Shown in pieces: positions 47,929 through 57,703 of a DNA stretch of 64,000 bases. The stretch lies in assembly GCA_036677065.1 (NCBI GenBank), contig JAKFBS010000002.1, forward strand, positions 768,001-832,000, read 5' to 3'. Position 1 is the stretch's first letter. Every line of letters starts with the position of its first letter. A program made the position numbers and the translations under genes. The stretch is from Bdellovibrio sp. (GTDB lineage: Bacteria > Bdellovibrionota > Bdellovibrionia > Bdellovibrionales > Bdellovibrionaceae). The notes under the pieces are model-generated. The model saw nothing but the letters and a program-made list of their open reading frames with translations, made no database searches and had not been told where the DNA came from.

Positions 47929-48948
47929 TTACAACCCCATTCGCTTTAATTGTTTATCTAAATCGTCTGGCGCTTCAGTAGTTGCGAACGCTGATTTAAC
48001 ATCAATGCGCCTGCGCACTAAAGCCTGGATAATAGATTGATTTAAACTCTGAAAATATTTTTTAAAGGCTTCGTCTTCATGCTGTTTTTTAAATTCAGAA
48101 AATGACATTTTAAAAAGATCTTCTTTAAATTCTTGCTGAGCCACAAAAAATTCATGAACTGCACCCTCTTTGATGCCGATCACTTTTTGATAACAAATAC
48201 TATTTAACACCTGATAAAAACGACGGGCTAAATTGCTCTGAAAACCGATTTGCGAAATAATTTGTTCTAGGCAGTTTTCTACTGACAGCCCAGAAATCGT
48301 TAGATAAACCGAACGACCCTCTTCGCAAAGTTTAATCCATTTTTCCCAGTTTTTAATGCTGTTAAAATCAACGACAAATTGATCGATACCATCATAAATC
48401 GGATGGTGCGCTTCCCACGCTAAAGTTTCTTCAGATAGGTGAATTAATGAATCAATATTTAACATCGACAAAGTTGAAAAATTTCCGTGAACGGCAATTA
48501 ACTTAGGCGAATCTTTTTTAATTTCAGAAACAATATCTTTTAATAGTGACGACTTACCCTGGCCACGTTGCCCAGTTACAATAAATAAACCACTGCTTTT
48601 TTTCAAAGTGTCCCAAAAAACCGGAGACTGGATATACTGGCTTAATTCAAAATTAGGAATCACACTAAAATAAGCTTTTAGACAATCTTTGTGTTCGGTG
48701 AATGAAAATAACCACTGCTGATCAGAGGCTTTATAAACCCCACGTACAAATCCTTTAGTTTCAAGCGCCAGCTTATCGTTATTTTGCAGACATAAATCTT
48801 TAAGGTCTTCCCATTCAGAATAGCCTAAACTTTCTTTATCAATTTCTAACCATTCGTTTCTGACTTTAGCGATAGTTTTATGCCCAAGACGAAACTGCAC
48901 CTCTAAAGCTGAAGAATCTTTTACTTTCGTCAAAATCTTTTCAATCAT
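47929..48948 (-). CDS. pilT: Degenerate PilT-like ATPase
   Basis: Sits between pilB and pilC; PilT-like length; Walker A GQRGQGKSS; C-terminal QSLNQS; Asp box, Walker B and His box eroded. Confidence 0.6.
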   Translation of the reverse strand: MIEKILTKVKDSSALEVQFRLGHKTIAKVRNEWLEIDKESLGYSEWEDLKDLCLQNNDKLALETKGFVRGVYKASDQQWLFSFTEHKDCLKAYFSVIPNFELSQYIQSPVFWDTLKKSSGLFIVTGQRGQGKSSLLKDIVSEIKKDSPKLIAVHGNFSTLSMLNIDSLIHLSEETLAWEAHHPIYDGIDQFVVDFNSIKNWEKWIKLCEEGRSVYLTISGLSVENCLEQIISQIGFQSNLARRFYQVLNSICYQKVIGIKEGAVHEFFVAQQEFKEDLFKMSFSEFKKQHEDEAFKKYFQSLNQSIIQALVRRRIDVKSAFATTEAPDDLDKQLKRMGL

Positions 48949-48961
48949 AGTTGCATATCCC

Positions 48962-50683
48962 CTAGTCGTCTCTCACAGATGTATTTAAAACTTCGTCTAT
49001 TGTAGTTTGGCCACGGGCTAATTTTAAAAGACCGCTTCGGCGTAATGTGCGAAAGCCCAGTTCTCTTGTTAATCTACGCAGTTCTGCAGCCGATGCATTT
49101 CGTAAAATTGCTTCTTTAATTTTTTCAGTTGTTAATGGCATTAATTCGTAAATTGCAAGTCGACCGCGAATGCCGGTGTTGTTGCAAGATGAGCAACCTC
49201 TGCCGCGCATTAAATTAAAGCGTGGAATATCCGCTTTACTGACGCCAAGATTTAACAATGTAGCTTCTGGCACCTGCACAGGCTCTTTGCATTGTTCACA
49301 AATCTTTCCTACAAGCCGCTGAGCTACTATAAGATTTACTGTCGAAGAAATTAAATATGCCGCTACACCCATTTCAGTCAAACGCACAACCGTCGAAGGA
49401 GCGTCATTGGTGTGAAGCGTACTTAAGACCAAGTGACCTGTCGAGGCCGCTTTAAAAGCGATTTCTGCAGTCTCTAAGTCACGAATCTCACCCACCATGA
49501 TGATGTCTGGATCTTGACGTAAAAATGCACGCAGTGCTGAACCGAAATTCAAATCAATATCTGGATTCATTTGCACTTGGTTAATACCCTCGAGATTGAA
49601 CTCGATAGGATCTTCAGCTGTACTGATATTCACGTCAGCTTTATTTAATTCAGCTAAAGCAGAATAAATTGTGGTGGTTTTACCGGAACCGGTCGGCCCA
49701 GTGATTAGCACCATACCCTGAGGAAGGTTGACACAACTTTTGAACAATTTTAAATCATCTTCTTCAAAACCAAGCTTGGTCATGTCGAGTTGAAGATTCG
49801 ATTTATCAAGTAAACGCATAACTACTTTTTCGCCCCACATGGTCGGAACCGTGTTCACGCGAAAATCCATCTCTTTATTTTCTTTGGCGATGCTGATTTT
49901 TAAACGACCATCCTGGGGACGGCGTTTTTCGGCAATATCCATCTTCGACATAATTTTAATACGCGCCGCAATCGCAGGGCCGGAAGAGGCGCTTGGAGCA
50001 GCCACTTCTATGAGCGAACCATCGATACGAAAACGTACTCTAAAATTTTTCTCATACGGCTCTAAGTGAATGTCTGAGGCGCGTCTGCGCATGGCTTCAA
50101 TCAAAATACCATTCACGAATTTAACAATCGGAGCTGAACCGATTTTATTATCGGCTTCTTCATTAACTTCGGTAGACGCTGACGTACCACCCGTGTCAAT
50201 GTCGCCGACATCGGCCCCGCCAAAATTTTCCTCGTCATTAAATTGTTTTTCATTCTGCTTAAACGTCCCGTAAAATTTTTCAATCGCTTGGACAATTGAT
50301 AAATCGGTCGCAAGAACCGGTTGCACTTTGCACTTGGTCAAGAAACGAATTTGATCTCGGATTTCAATATTTGCAGGATCAGCAAAGGCCACAACTAACG
50401 TGGTTCCCGCTTTGGATATAGGAATCACATTGTTTTTGTCGCAAAATTCTCGGGGCACTAAGGATAGAGCTGAAGATTCAATTTCAATTTGACTCAGGTC
50501 AACGCCGGGAATTCCGTACTGCTTTTCTAGGGCTCGCAGTATCTGAGAATCTTTTAAAATTCCAGTGTTTACGATAATCGAACCAAGTCGTGCTTTTGTC
50601 TTTGCCGCTTCAGCCAACGCAACCTGCAACTGATCCGGACGGATCAGGCCTTGACGTGTTAGAATTTCCCCAAGCTTCGACAT
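48962..50683 (-). CDS. pilB: Type IV pilus assembly ATPase PilB
   Basis: ASDIHLEP, GPTGSGKTTT, EDPIE, LRQDPDIIMVGEIRD, TGHLVLSTLHTN, tetracysteine motif. Confidence 0.96.
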   Translation of the reverse strand: MSKLGEILTRQGLIRPDQLQVALAEAAKTKARLGSIIVNTGILKDSQILRALEKQYGIPGVDLSQIEIESSALSLVPREFCDKNNVIPISKAGTTLVVAFADPANIEIRDQIRFLTKCKVQPVLATDLSIVQAIEKFYGTFKQNEKQFNDEENFGGADVGDIDTGGTSASTEVNEEADNKIGSAPIVKFVNGILIEAMRRRASDIHLEPYEKNFRVRFRIDGSLIEVAAPSASSGPAIAARIKIMSKMDIAEKRRPQDGRLKISIAKENKEMDFRVNTVPTMWGEKVVMRLLDKSNLQLDMTKLGFEEDDLKLFKSCVNLPQGMVLITGPTGSGKTTTIYSALAELNKADVNISTAEDPIEFNLEGINQVQMNPDIDLNFGSALRAFLRQDPDIIMVGEIRDLETAEIAFKAASTGHLVLSTLHTNDAPSTVVRLTEMGVAAYLISSTVNLIVAQRLVGKICEQCKEPVQVPEATLLNLGVSKADIPRFNLMRGRGCSSCNNTGIRGRLAIYELMPLTTEKIKEAILRNASAAELRRLTRELGFRTLRRSGLLKLARGQTTIDEVLNTSVRDD

Positions 50684-50733
50684 AGTATAAGTCTACTGAA
50701 GGTGACGTTTTTTGTAACTAGACCTAGGAACGG

Positions 50734-51471
50734 TTATTTACGGTTTTTTTGAAATAATCTGTATTTATGTAAATGAAATTCAGCAGAATCCAAAACGCGC
50801 AAAGAAGCCTTTTCTGCCTCTGAAGAAAGCGCGTCGTTTGAATAATTTTGCAGGTCAAAAAAGATCGCGCGTTCGGCGACAAAATTAAAGTATGTCAGCG
50901 TCTCTACAAGGTCAGGATGTTCATTAAGATCAAAATCAATCGCCAGTAAACTTGCAAGGTCTGCAATATTAGCCATTTCATCAAGACTTAGTTGGGTTAA
51001 CTGCACATTAAACAAAAACTTCTGTACAGCTGCGATTTGATTTTGATAAGAAACATTACTTGGCGACACTAAATAAATTTTCTTAAATCCTAATTTTGCC
51101 AAAGCAATCGCATAGGTAATCAAAAAAGAATAGTTTCCGATAAGCACGGCGTATTTTGCCACATCGACAGCAATATGCTGCGACTGTAAAAAGCTAACAA
51201 AAGCTGCTGAACTTAAATGTATCGGTTTAAATTTATTATTTTCATTCGCAAAAGCATCAACCGCACCGGTTGATTGAATCGGCCAATCTAAGAGCGGCAT
51301 TCGCGCTAAAATTTCTTGATTCTGCTGCTCAGAAAGTTCGATCAAATCAAAATCTGAATGCAGCAACTCGTCTTCATTCATTGGCTCAAAATGAATTTCA
51401 ATATCAGGAGCATTGATTAGTTTTTCACTGAGCTCGGCAGCACCTAGTTCGATTGATCGATATATTTTCAT
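50734..51471 (-). CDS. Degenerate shikimate dehydrogenase (AroE)-like protein
   Basis: GAVD (cf. GAVN), LAKLGFKKIYL, FFDLQN (cf. DxxY); Gly-rich cofactor loop replaced by IGNYSF; upstream of pilB. Confidence 0.5.
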   Translation of the reverse strand: MKIYRSIELGAAELSEKLINAPDIEIHFEPMNEDELLHSDFDLIELSEQQNQEILARMPLLDWPIQSTGAVDAFANENNKFKPIHLSSAAFVSFLQSQHIAVDVAKYAVLIGNYSFLITYAIALAKLGFKKIYLVSPSNVSYQNQIAAVQKFLFNVQLTQLSLDEMANIADLASLLAIDFDLNEHPDLVETLTYFNFVAERAIFFDLQNYSNDALSSEAEKASLRVLDSAEFHLHKYRLFQKNRK

Positions 51472-52397
51472 GAACCAAAAAACTTTCTAGCTTCATCAAT
51501 GTCATTAAAAATTTGATGCTTAAGTGAATCTACGCTAGAAAATTTCATTTCATCACGGTGAAAGTGCTGTAGCTCTACTTTGATTTGTTCGCCATATATT
51601 TCTTCGTTAAAATTAAAAATATGAGTTTCAACTTTTAAGTAAGAATTATCGTTTTCAAACGTTGGATTATAGCCAATATTTGTAATCGATTTAAAAACTT
51701 TTTCATTCCAATATACCAAAGAAAAATAGACACCTTTGCGCGGAACAAAATCAATATCAGGGCTCACATTTGCGGTCGGTACCCCTAGCTGGCGGCCACG
51801 CTTAAAACCCACACGAACTGGTCCGCGAATATAGTACTTGCGACCCAAAAACTGCTCAGCCTGCTCAAGGTTTCCGTGCTCTAAAAGTTTACGAATAACA
51901 GATGAAGAAACCACTTGCCCCGAAAGCTCGAGAGCGCTGACAACTGTTAAGCCAATTTGATTTTTTTGGCAGTATTCACGTAAGAAATCGATACCACCTG
52001 AACGATCTTTTCCGAAGTTAAAATCATAGCCAACCACAAGGTGTTTTGGCTTAAAATAACGAGTGATGTAAAGATCCAAGAACTCATCCGCCTGCATGAG
52101 TGAAAAATCCTTTGTAAATTTTTCCTCAATTAGAAAGTCGATACCCATGGCTTCCATCTTTTCAGCCTGGTCTTTGTAATCAAAAAGTCTAAGCACTGGC
52201 GTACCGGGATTTAACAAAACACGAGGGTGTGGCTTAAAAGTCAGAACCACAGAAGGCAAATTATACTCTTTACCTTGAAAAATAAGCTCTTTTAGAAGCT
52301 TTTGATGCCCTAAGTGCACACCATCGAAGTTTCCGACGGTTAAAACCGATCCATTCAGGTGAGGCAAAGATTGATCGACGGTACGAATCCATTTCAT
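51468..52397 (-). CDS. ribF: Bifunctional riboflavin kinase/FAD synthetase
   Basis: GNFDGVHLGH, VVGYDFNFG, SSS.IR, GR.LG.PTAN, VETH. Confidence 0.97.
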   Translation of the reverse strand: MKWIRTVDQSLPHLNGSVLTVGNFDGVHLGHQKLLKELIFQGKEYNLPSVVLTFKPHPRVLLNPGTPVLRLFDYKDQAEKMEAMGIDFLIEEKFTKDFSLMQADEFLDLYITRYFKPKHLVVGYDFNFGKDRSGGIDFLREYCQKNQIGLTVVSALELSGQVVSSSVIRKLLEHGNLEQAEQFLGRKYYIRGPVRVGFKRGRQLGVPTANVSPDIDFVPRKGVYFSLVYWNEKVFKSITNIGYNPTFENDNSYLKVETHIFNFNEEIYGEQIKVELQHFHRDEMKFSSVDSLKHQIFNDIDEARKFFGS

Positions 52398-52472
52398 AGT
52401 GTTTAATATAATCTATATTGATCTGATTATCCAGCTACTCGTCATTGAAACTGGAGCAGAAATAGGTTAATT

Positions 52473-54296
52473 TTGCAACGCGTGAAAAATGATATCATCA
52501 ATTGGATAAAATGGACGATTAGTAAGAAAGGCTTCTGGAGCAGAGCCTTGCTTTGTTGGCTATTTTCGATAGTCCTGCTTAAATTTGATGAGATGGATCT
52601 TTACGACAGTCGCTTTAAGATTCGCGGACCACAGCCTGTAACCCGCGAGGCCGTTTTAGTCACGATTAAGCCCAGCGATTTTGTTAAAATTTCTGACGCC
52701 AAAACCAACTCTTTAATCAACATGAACGAATCACAAGATGTTAGCGATAGCTTTTTCTGGGATCAAAAGATTTGGTTTCAAATGCTATCACAAATTTTAG
52801 CGCAAAAACCAAGAGGCATCGGCGTTACTTTATTTTTTGGTGAAAATATCGGCGTAACACGTTTGAACTCTCAAGAAATTATGGTTTTCAAAGATCCAAA
52901 AATTACCTGGGCCACAAACACCAGTCTTTTAGAAAACATGTCTTTACCGTTTGCCACCCTGCCCGACCGGTCAAACATTGCCCACGTCGAAGTTTTACGT
53001 GACGAAGATGGTATCGTACGAAGACTGCAAGACAGTCGCGGTTTTTTACAAGACATCAGCCATGCGGTGATCGACCATGGACGCCTAAATAAAGATTCGC
53101 TTGCGGTTATTAATTACCGCGGCCTAGGGCGCTTCAAAAAAGTGGATCTGCAAAAAGTCTTGCGTGGCGATCTGCCCAAAGATTTTTTTCGTAATAAATT
53201 AGTTTTTATCGGCACCGACCGCACGATCAATTCACAAATTTTAACACCCCTTGGAACCATGTCCAAACATGAATACTGGGCTCAGGTTAGCGACAATATT
53301 TTAGAAAAACGTTTTATTAAAAAAGGCTCTACGTGGATCAATTCACTGTTACTGCTATTTTTAACTATTGCTGCTGTATTGATGATCACGCATTTTCCGC
53401 AAGCCGTGTCGCTGTTTCTATTTTTCTGGATTGGTACAATCTGGGCTGCTTTTTCAATTTGGGTCTTTGATACGTTTTATGTCTGGATCCCATTAGTAAG
53501 CCCACTAGTGTTATTAATTTTAATTTGGGTTTTATATATTGGTTACCACGCTCTGCGCATTGAAAAGGCCCATGCAGAATTACAACAAGAACAACGCTAT
53601 TTATCAGACCTTGAACAGTTAAAAAATAACTTCATCAGTTTGATCAGCCATGACCTAAAAACTCCGATTGCTAAAATTCAAGCCGTGATCGACCGCTTGG
53701 ATGCTGAAAAAAATATTCCTGACCAGATGCACGAAGATTTCGATAATTTAAAAATTTATTCTGAAGAATTAAATCGCTATATCCAATCAATCTTAAAAGT
53801 TCTGCGTGTTGAATCGCGCGATTTTCAAATTTTAAAAGAAGTCGCAGACTTAAACGAAATTATTGAAACTGTCGTTGAACGTTTAAAGCCTGTGGCTAAA
53901 ACTAAAAATGTTCACATTGATCTGACTTTAGAGCCGATGTTTTTAATTGAATTCGACGTGACGTTAATGACCGAAGTTTTTTTAAATTTAGTTGAAAATG
54001 CGATTAAATACACTCCGGCAAACGGACGAGTTTCGATTCGCACAAAAGAAACTGACACTGAAATCCTGATTGAAATTCAGGATACCGGCGAAGGTATCGC
54101 CACCGAAGATCAAATGCATATCTGGAAAAAGTTTGTGCGTGGGCGCAACCAAGATCAAAAAACTAAAGGTACAGGCCTTGGGCTTTACCTGGTTAAATAT
54201 TTTATTGAGCTGCATGGCGGAAATATCGCTTTAAAATCTGATGTCGGCGTTGGCACGACGTTTTATGTTCGACTGCCGATTGATCCGGTACTATAA
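52473..54296 (+). CDS. CHASE2-domain sensor histidine kinase
   Basis: DEDGIVRR, INYRG, NKLVFIG, TPLG (CHASE2), three TM helices, SHDLKTP, ENAIKY, GTGLGL; start uncertain. Confidence 0.9.
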   Translation: MQRVKNDIINWIKWTISKKGFWSRALLCWLFSIVLLKFDEMDLYDSRFKIRGPQPVTREAVLVTIKPSDFVKISDAKTNSLINMNESQDVSDSFFWDQKIWFQMLSQILAQKPRGIGVTLFFGENIGVTRLNSQEIMVFKDPKITWATNTSLLENMSLPFATLPDRSNIAHVEVLRDEDGIVRRLQDSRGFLQDISHAVIDHGRLNKDSLAVINYRGLGRFKKVDLQKVLRGDLPKDFFRNKLVFIGTDRTINSQILTPLGTMSKHEYWAQVSDNILEKRFIKKGSTWINSLLLLFLTIAAVLMITHFPQAVSLFLFFWIGTIWAAFSIWVFDTFYVWIPLVSPLVLLILIWVLYIGYHALRIEKAHAELQQEQRYLSDLEQLKNNFISLISHDLKTPIAKIQAVIDRLDAEKNIPDQMHEDFDNLKIYSEELNRYIQSILKVLRVESRDFQILKEVADLNEIIETVVERLKPVAKTKNVHIDLTLEPMFLIEFDVTLMTEVFLNLVENAIKYTPANGRVSIRTKETDTEILIEIQDTGEGIATEDQMHIWKKFVRGRNQDQKTKGTGLGLYLVKYFIELHGGNIALKSDVGVGTTFYVRLPIDPVL

Positions 54297-54323
54297 TTAG
54301 CTTATAGGCAAATAAGGGATGTT

Positions 54324-55751
54324 ATGAAATTAAACACACTGATCGTAGATGATGAACAAGAGTTAAGAAAATCGGTTGCGAGTATTTTATTAAACTCAAT
54401 GCCTGATGTGACATTCAATATCACTGAAGCCTCAAATGGCCGTGAAGCTGTTGAGCTTGCGAAAAAAGAATTCTGGGATCTAATTTTAATGGACGTTCGC
54501 ATGCCCGAGATCGATGGGCTTGAAGCCTTACGCCAAATCAAAGAAATTGACCCACGCACATTTGTCGTGATCATGACGGCGCATTCAAATTTAAATGATG
54601 CCATTATCGCTATTAAAGATGGTGCTTACGATTACGTTGAAAAACCAGTAAGCCCTGACAAATTATCAGCTATCGTGCGCAAAAGTATCGAAGCGAATGA
54701 AATGATCACTGAACTTACTGCTTCTAATCCGATTTTTGATGACGATATCGAAAGTGAAATTGTTGGCCAAAATTCAAAAATGAAAGAAGTTTTTAATCTG
54801 ATCTACAAACTTTGCAAAGTCGACACCACAGTTTTAATCCGCGGCGAAAACGGAACTGGTAAAGAACTTGTAGCCAAAGCCATTCACTTCAATTCGCCCC
54901 GTAAATCTGGGGCTTTTGTAGCAATTAACTGTGGCGCGATTCCTGAACATTTAATGGAATCAGAATTATTCGGTCATGAAAAAGGCGCTTTTACCGGAGC
55001 CATCGAACGTAAAATCGGTAAATTTCAATTAGCTAATAACGGCACATTATTCTTGGATGAAATCGCAGAACTTAAACCTGAAATGCAGGTTAAATTACTA
55101 CGTGCACTACAAGAAAAGAAATTCACTCCTGTGGGCTCAAACCGCGAAGTTAAAACTAACGCGCGTATTATCGCAGCCACAAACCGCAATTTAGAAAAAA
55201 TGATGGAAGACCAAGAGTTTCGTGAAGATCTTTTTTATCGTTTAAATGTAATGCCGATTTTCTTACCACCATTGCGTGACCGTTATGATGATATTCCTGA
55301 ATTAGCAGTTAACTTTTTAGAGAAGTTTTCTAAATCGCACGCGAAACAAATTCATTCTATTGCACCAGATTGTTTAGATTTAATGAAAAACTATCGCTGG
55401 CCAGGAAACATTCGTGAATTAGAAAATGTGATTGAGCGCGCGTTTATCGTTGAATCGACGCAAGTGATGACGACAGCAAGCTTACCCGAAAACATTCGTA
55501 ATCAAGCAGCCGCTAAACAAGCGCAAAGCCAAGCCGCAACTGCAGTCGGCGGCGTGAAAGCCGTACCTCAAGCTCATGGTGCTTTAGATTTCGAATTATT
55601 TAAAGAACAAGCTGAAAAAGATTTTATCGTGAGCGCTTTAAAAGCGAACAAAGGTAAAATCAATCAGACTGTAGCTCAGGCTAATATTCCGAAAAATACG
55701 TTGTTACGTAAAATTCGTAAATACAATATTAACGTAAAAGATTTTTCTTAA
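54324..55751 (+). CDS. sigma54-dependent (NtrC-family) response regulator
   Basis: Receiver domain, GENGTGKE, GAFTGA, WPGNIREL, C-terminal HTH. Confidence 0.95.
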   Translation: MKLNTLIVDDEQELRKSVASILLNSMPDVTFNITEASNGREAVELAKKEFWDLILMDVRMPEIDGLEALRQIKEIDPRTFVVIMTAHSNLNDAIIAIKDGAYDYVEKPVSPDKLSAIVRKSIEANEMITELTASNPIFDDDIESEIVGQNSKMKEVFNLIYKLCKVDTTVLIRGENGTGKELVAKAIHFNSPRKSGAFVAINCGAIPEHLMESELFGHEKGAFTGAIERKIGKFQLANNGTLFLDEIAELKPEMQVKLLRALQEKKFTPVGSNREVKTNARIIAATNRNLEKMMEDQEFREDLFYRLNVMPIFLPPLRDRYDDIPELAVNFLEKFSKSHAKQIHSIAPDCLDLMKNYRWPGNIRELENVIERAFIVESTQVMTTASLPENIRNQAAAKQAQSQAATAVGGVKAVPQAHGALDFELFKEQAEKDFIVSALKANKGKINQTVAQANIPKNTLLRKIRKYNINVKDFS

Positions 55752-55787
55752 TTATCTTACAAGCTGGCATTGGCCAGCTTGTAAGAT
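55752..55787. repeat. Perfect 15-bp-arm palindrome containing copy 1 of a 29-bp direct repeat (copy 2 at 56371..56399)
   Basis: ATCTTACAAGCTGGC-ATTG-GCCAGCTTGTAAGAT; 55752..55780 matches 56371..56399 at 27/29 nt. Confidence 0.9.
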
Positions 55788-55789
55788 TT

Positions 55790-56368
55790 CTATTTGATTG
55801 TTGAATTTAGGGTACGAATCAATTTTGCGATTTCAATACCAATTACTGCTGACCTTGAATCTATCTTGTAATTATCAAATGCATACGAATCATCTCTTAC
55901 TTGCTTAAATACGAACGGAGTCCAGACGGCGGCCCTGAATTTGAAAGTTGATTGAGCCGACTGACCAGAGGCTTCAATTACCGAAATATCCGTTTCAAAC
56001 GATGAATATGATGGAATAATTCCGGCACTTAAAACAGTGACGACCGACCATCCACCTAAAAAAGCTTCGTAATATGGCGACATCTTGCGGTGAATTTTGA
56101 CTTGAAGCTTCATTCTTTCTGTATCGCATTTTGTATTAATATTAAAAGTAGCTAGAACCTGCAGAATTTTTTCTCTACTAAGCGAATCTAGATCCTTTTC
56201 TTGAATGCCATCATGTAGATGACGCTTATTAATTGTTACAAATGCAATATCTGCGCAGATCTGTTTCTGAGTATCAAGATTTGGACGAGTGATATCATTT
56301 AAAGTAACGCAACCTGAAAATAATGAAGTAACGATTAGGCCAAGGACATGCAATTTAATTGCGAACAC
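55790..56368 (-). CDS. Putative lipoprotein
   Basis: Lipobox LFSG-C; internal SAGIIP..AAVWTPF segment; GTG start at 56368 just after the upstream stop. Confidence 0.7.
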   Translation of the reverse strand: MFAIKLHVLGLIVTSLFSGCVTLNDITRPNLDTQKQICADIAFVTINKRHLHDGIQEKDLDSLSREKILQVLATFNINTKCDTERMKLQVKIHRKMSPYYEAFLGGWSVVTVLSAGIIPSYSSFETDISVIEASGQSAQSTFKFRAAVWTPFVFKQVRDDSYAFDNYKIDSRSAVIGIEIAKLIRTLNSTIK

Positions 56369-56370
56369 TT

Positions 56371-56667
56371 TTATCTCACGAGCTGGCATTGGCCAGCTTC
56401 GCATTTTGTTTTATTGATATCTGCATCTGGTGCACACATTCCAATAACAGCGCAAGTTGATGGGTTATCAAATTTCTGCCATGCGGGATTTTTATTATAA
56501 TCCTTAAGATGTTTTTTATTGATCGCAGCTTTTGTTGATCCACAACAATGTTTAAACGGAACAATAATACAGTCACTGTTCTTTTCACATTTACCAAGAT
56601 CTGCTTCTTTAACTGCGAAACATTGAAAACTAAATAACATTGTTAATAAACTAATTGTGCCGCGCAT
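56371..56667 (-). CDS. Small secreted Cys-rich protein
   Basis: Signal peptide; CEKNSDC..CCG...AIN..C..C..CEAGQC. Confidence 0.8.
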   Translation of the reverse strand: MRGTISLLTMLFSFQCFAVKEADLGKCEKNSDCIIVPFKHCCGSTKAAINKKHLKDYNKNPAWQKFDNPSTCAVIGMCAPDADINKTKCEAGQCQLVR

Positions 56668-57703
56668 TTAAAACCTTCTTCGCTGAATGAAAAACATTTT
56701 CAGGTAAAATCTCTTTCATACAATTATGATGACCGAGCGGACACTTATTATGACCATGCAGCCCGCAGGGTCTGCACGTTAAATTTCTGTTCTCAACCAC
56801 GACGCTTTGATCATTCCAGGGTCTGAAACCTAAATCTAAAGTCGTCGGTCCGAATATCGCCATCACAGGCGTTCCGACACTTGCACCCAAATGTGAAGGT
56901 GATGAATCATTACCGATAATTAAATCGCAAGATTTTAAAAAATCGATTGAATCTACGAGCTTCATTTTTCCGGCCAGCACTTCAGCTTTTGCATTCTTAA
57001 CCTTAATCTCTTCGCACAATGGCGCTTCTTCAGGGCCACCCATAAGGTGAACCTGATATCCTGCTGCGATTAATTTTTCGCACAATTCAGCGTAATAATT
57101 AACTGGCCATTTTTTGGTTTCCCAAACTGAACCTGGAAATAGGGCGATTTTTTTTACTTGGCTTGGCGTGTGTGGGGCAACATGCATCGAGAAAAACTCT
57201 GGAATATGCTGAAAATCCCCGTCTGGCTTGGCCTTATTTAAATAGCTCCAGTCCTGCTGTTGAATTTTTTCAGCAGTGACAGGATCTACCGGAGCTAGCA
57301 ATGCCATTTGGCGAATAGCATCTGGAAAGGATTTTAAATACTTAACAGTTTCAGTAAAAAATAAGAAGTTTAAACCCTGACTGAAACCGTATTTCTTTTT
57401 AGCTTTTAACTGCATCGTAAAAAGTGCTGAACGTAATGAGCGATGTAGGCAAAACACCGTCTTCACATCAGTGTGGGCGTTAATATTTTTAACAGCTTGG
57501 CGGTACGACGACTTGTCGCCTTTGTTTACAGTCACGAGTTCGTCGATGACCTGTAATTTAAGTAAATAGTCTGCGACCCCTTTTTTAGCGACAAAGATAA
57601 TTTTGTCATTAGGGTATAAGGCTTTAAGCCTTTTTAAAAAAGGGATAGATAAAAACACATCGCCAATAAATGCCGTCTGCACGACAACGTGATAAGCTGA
57701 CAT
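56651..57703 (-). CDS. waaF: Glycosyltransferase family 9 (heptosyltransferase-like)
   Basis: QTAFIGDV, PGS.W.TKKWP, GNDSSPSH, FGPT, CRPCGLHG..CP.GH..CM. Confidence 0.8.
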   Translation of the reverse strand: MSAYHVVVQTAFIGDVFLSIPFLKRLKALYPNDKIIFVAKKGVADYLLKLQVIDELVTVNKGDKSSYRQAVKNINAHTDVKTVFCLHRSLRSALFTMQLKAKKKYGFSQGLNFLFFTETVKYLKSFPDAIRQMALLAPVDPVTAEKIQQQDWSYLNKAKPDGDFQHIPEFFSMHVAPHTPSQVKKIALFPGSVWETKKWPVNYYAELCEKLIAAGYQVHLMGGPEEAPLCEEIKVKNAKAEVLAGKMKLVDSIDFLKSCDLIIGNDSSPSHLGASVGTPVMAIFGPTTLDLGFRPWNDQSVVVENRNLTCRPCGLHGHNKCPLGHHNCMKEILPENVFHSAKKVLNARHN

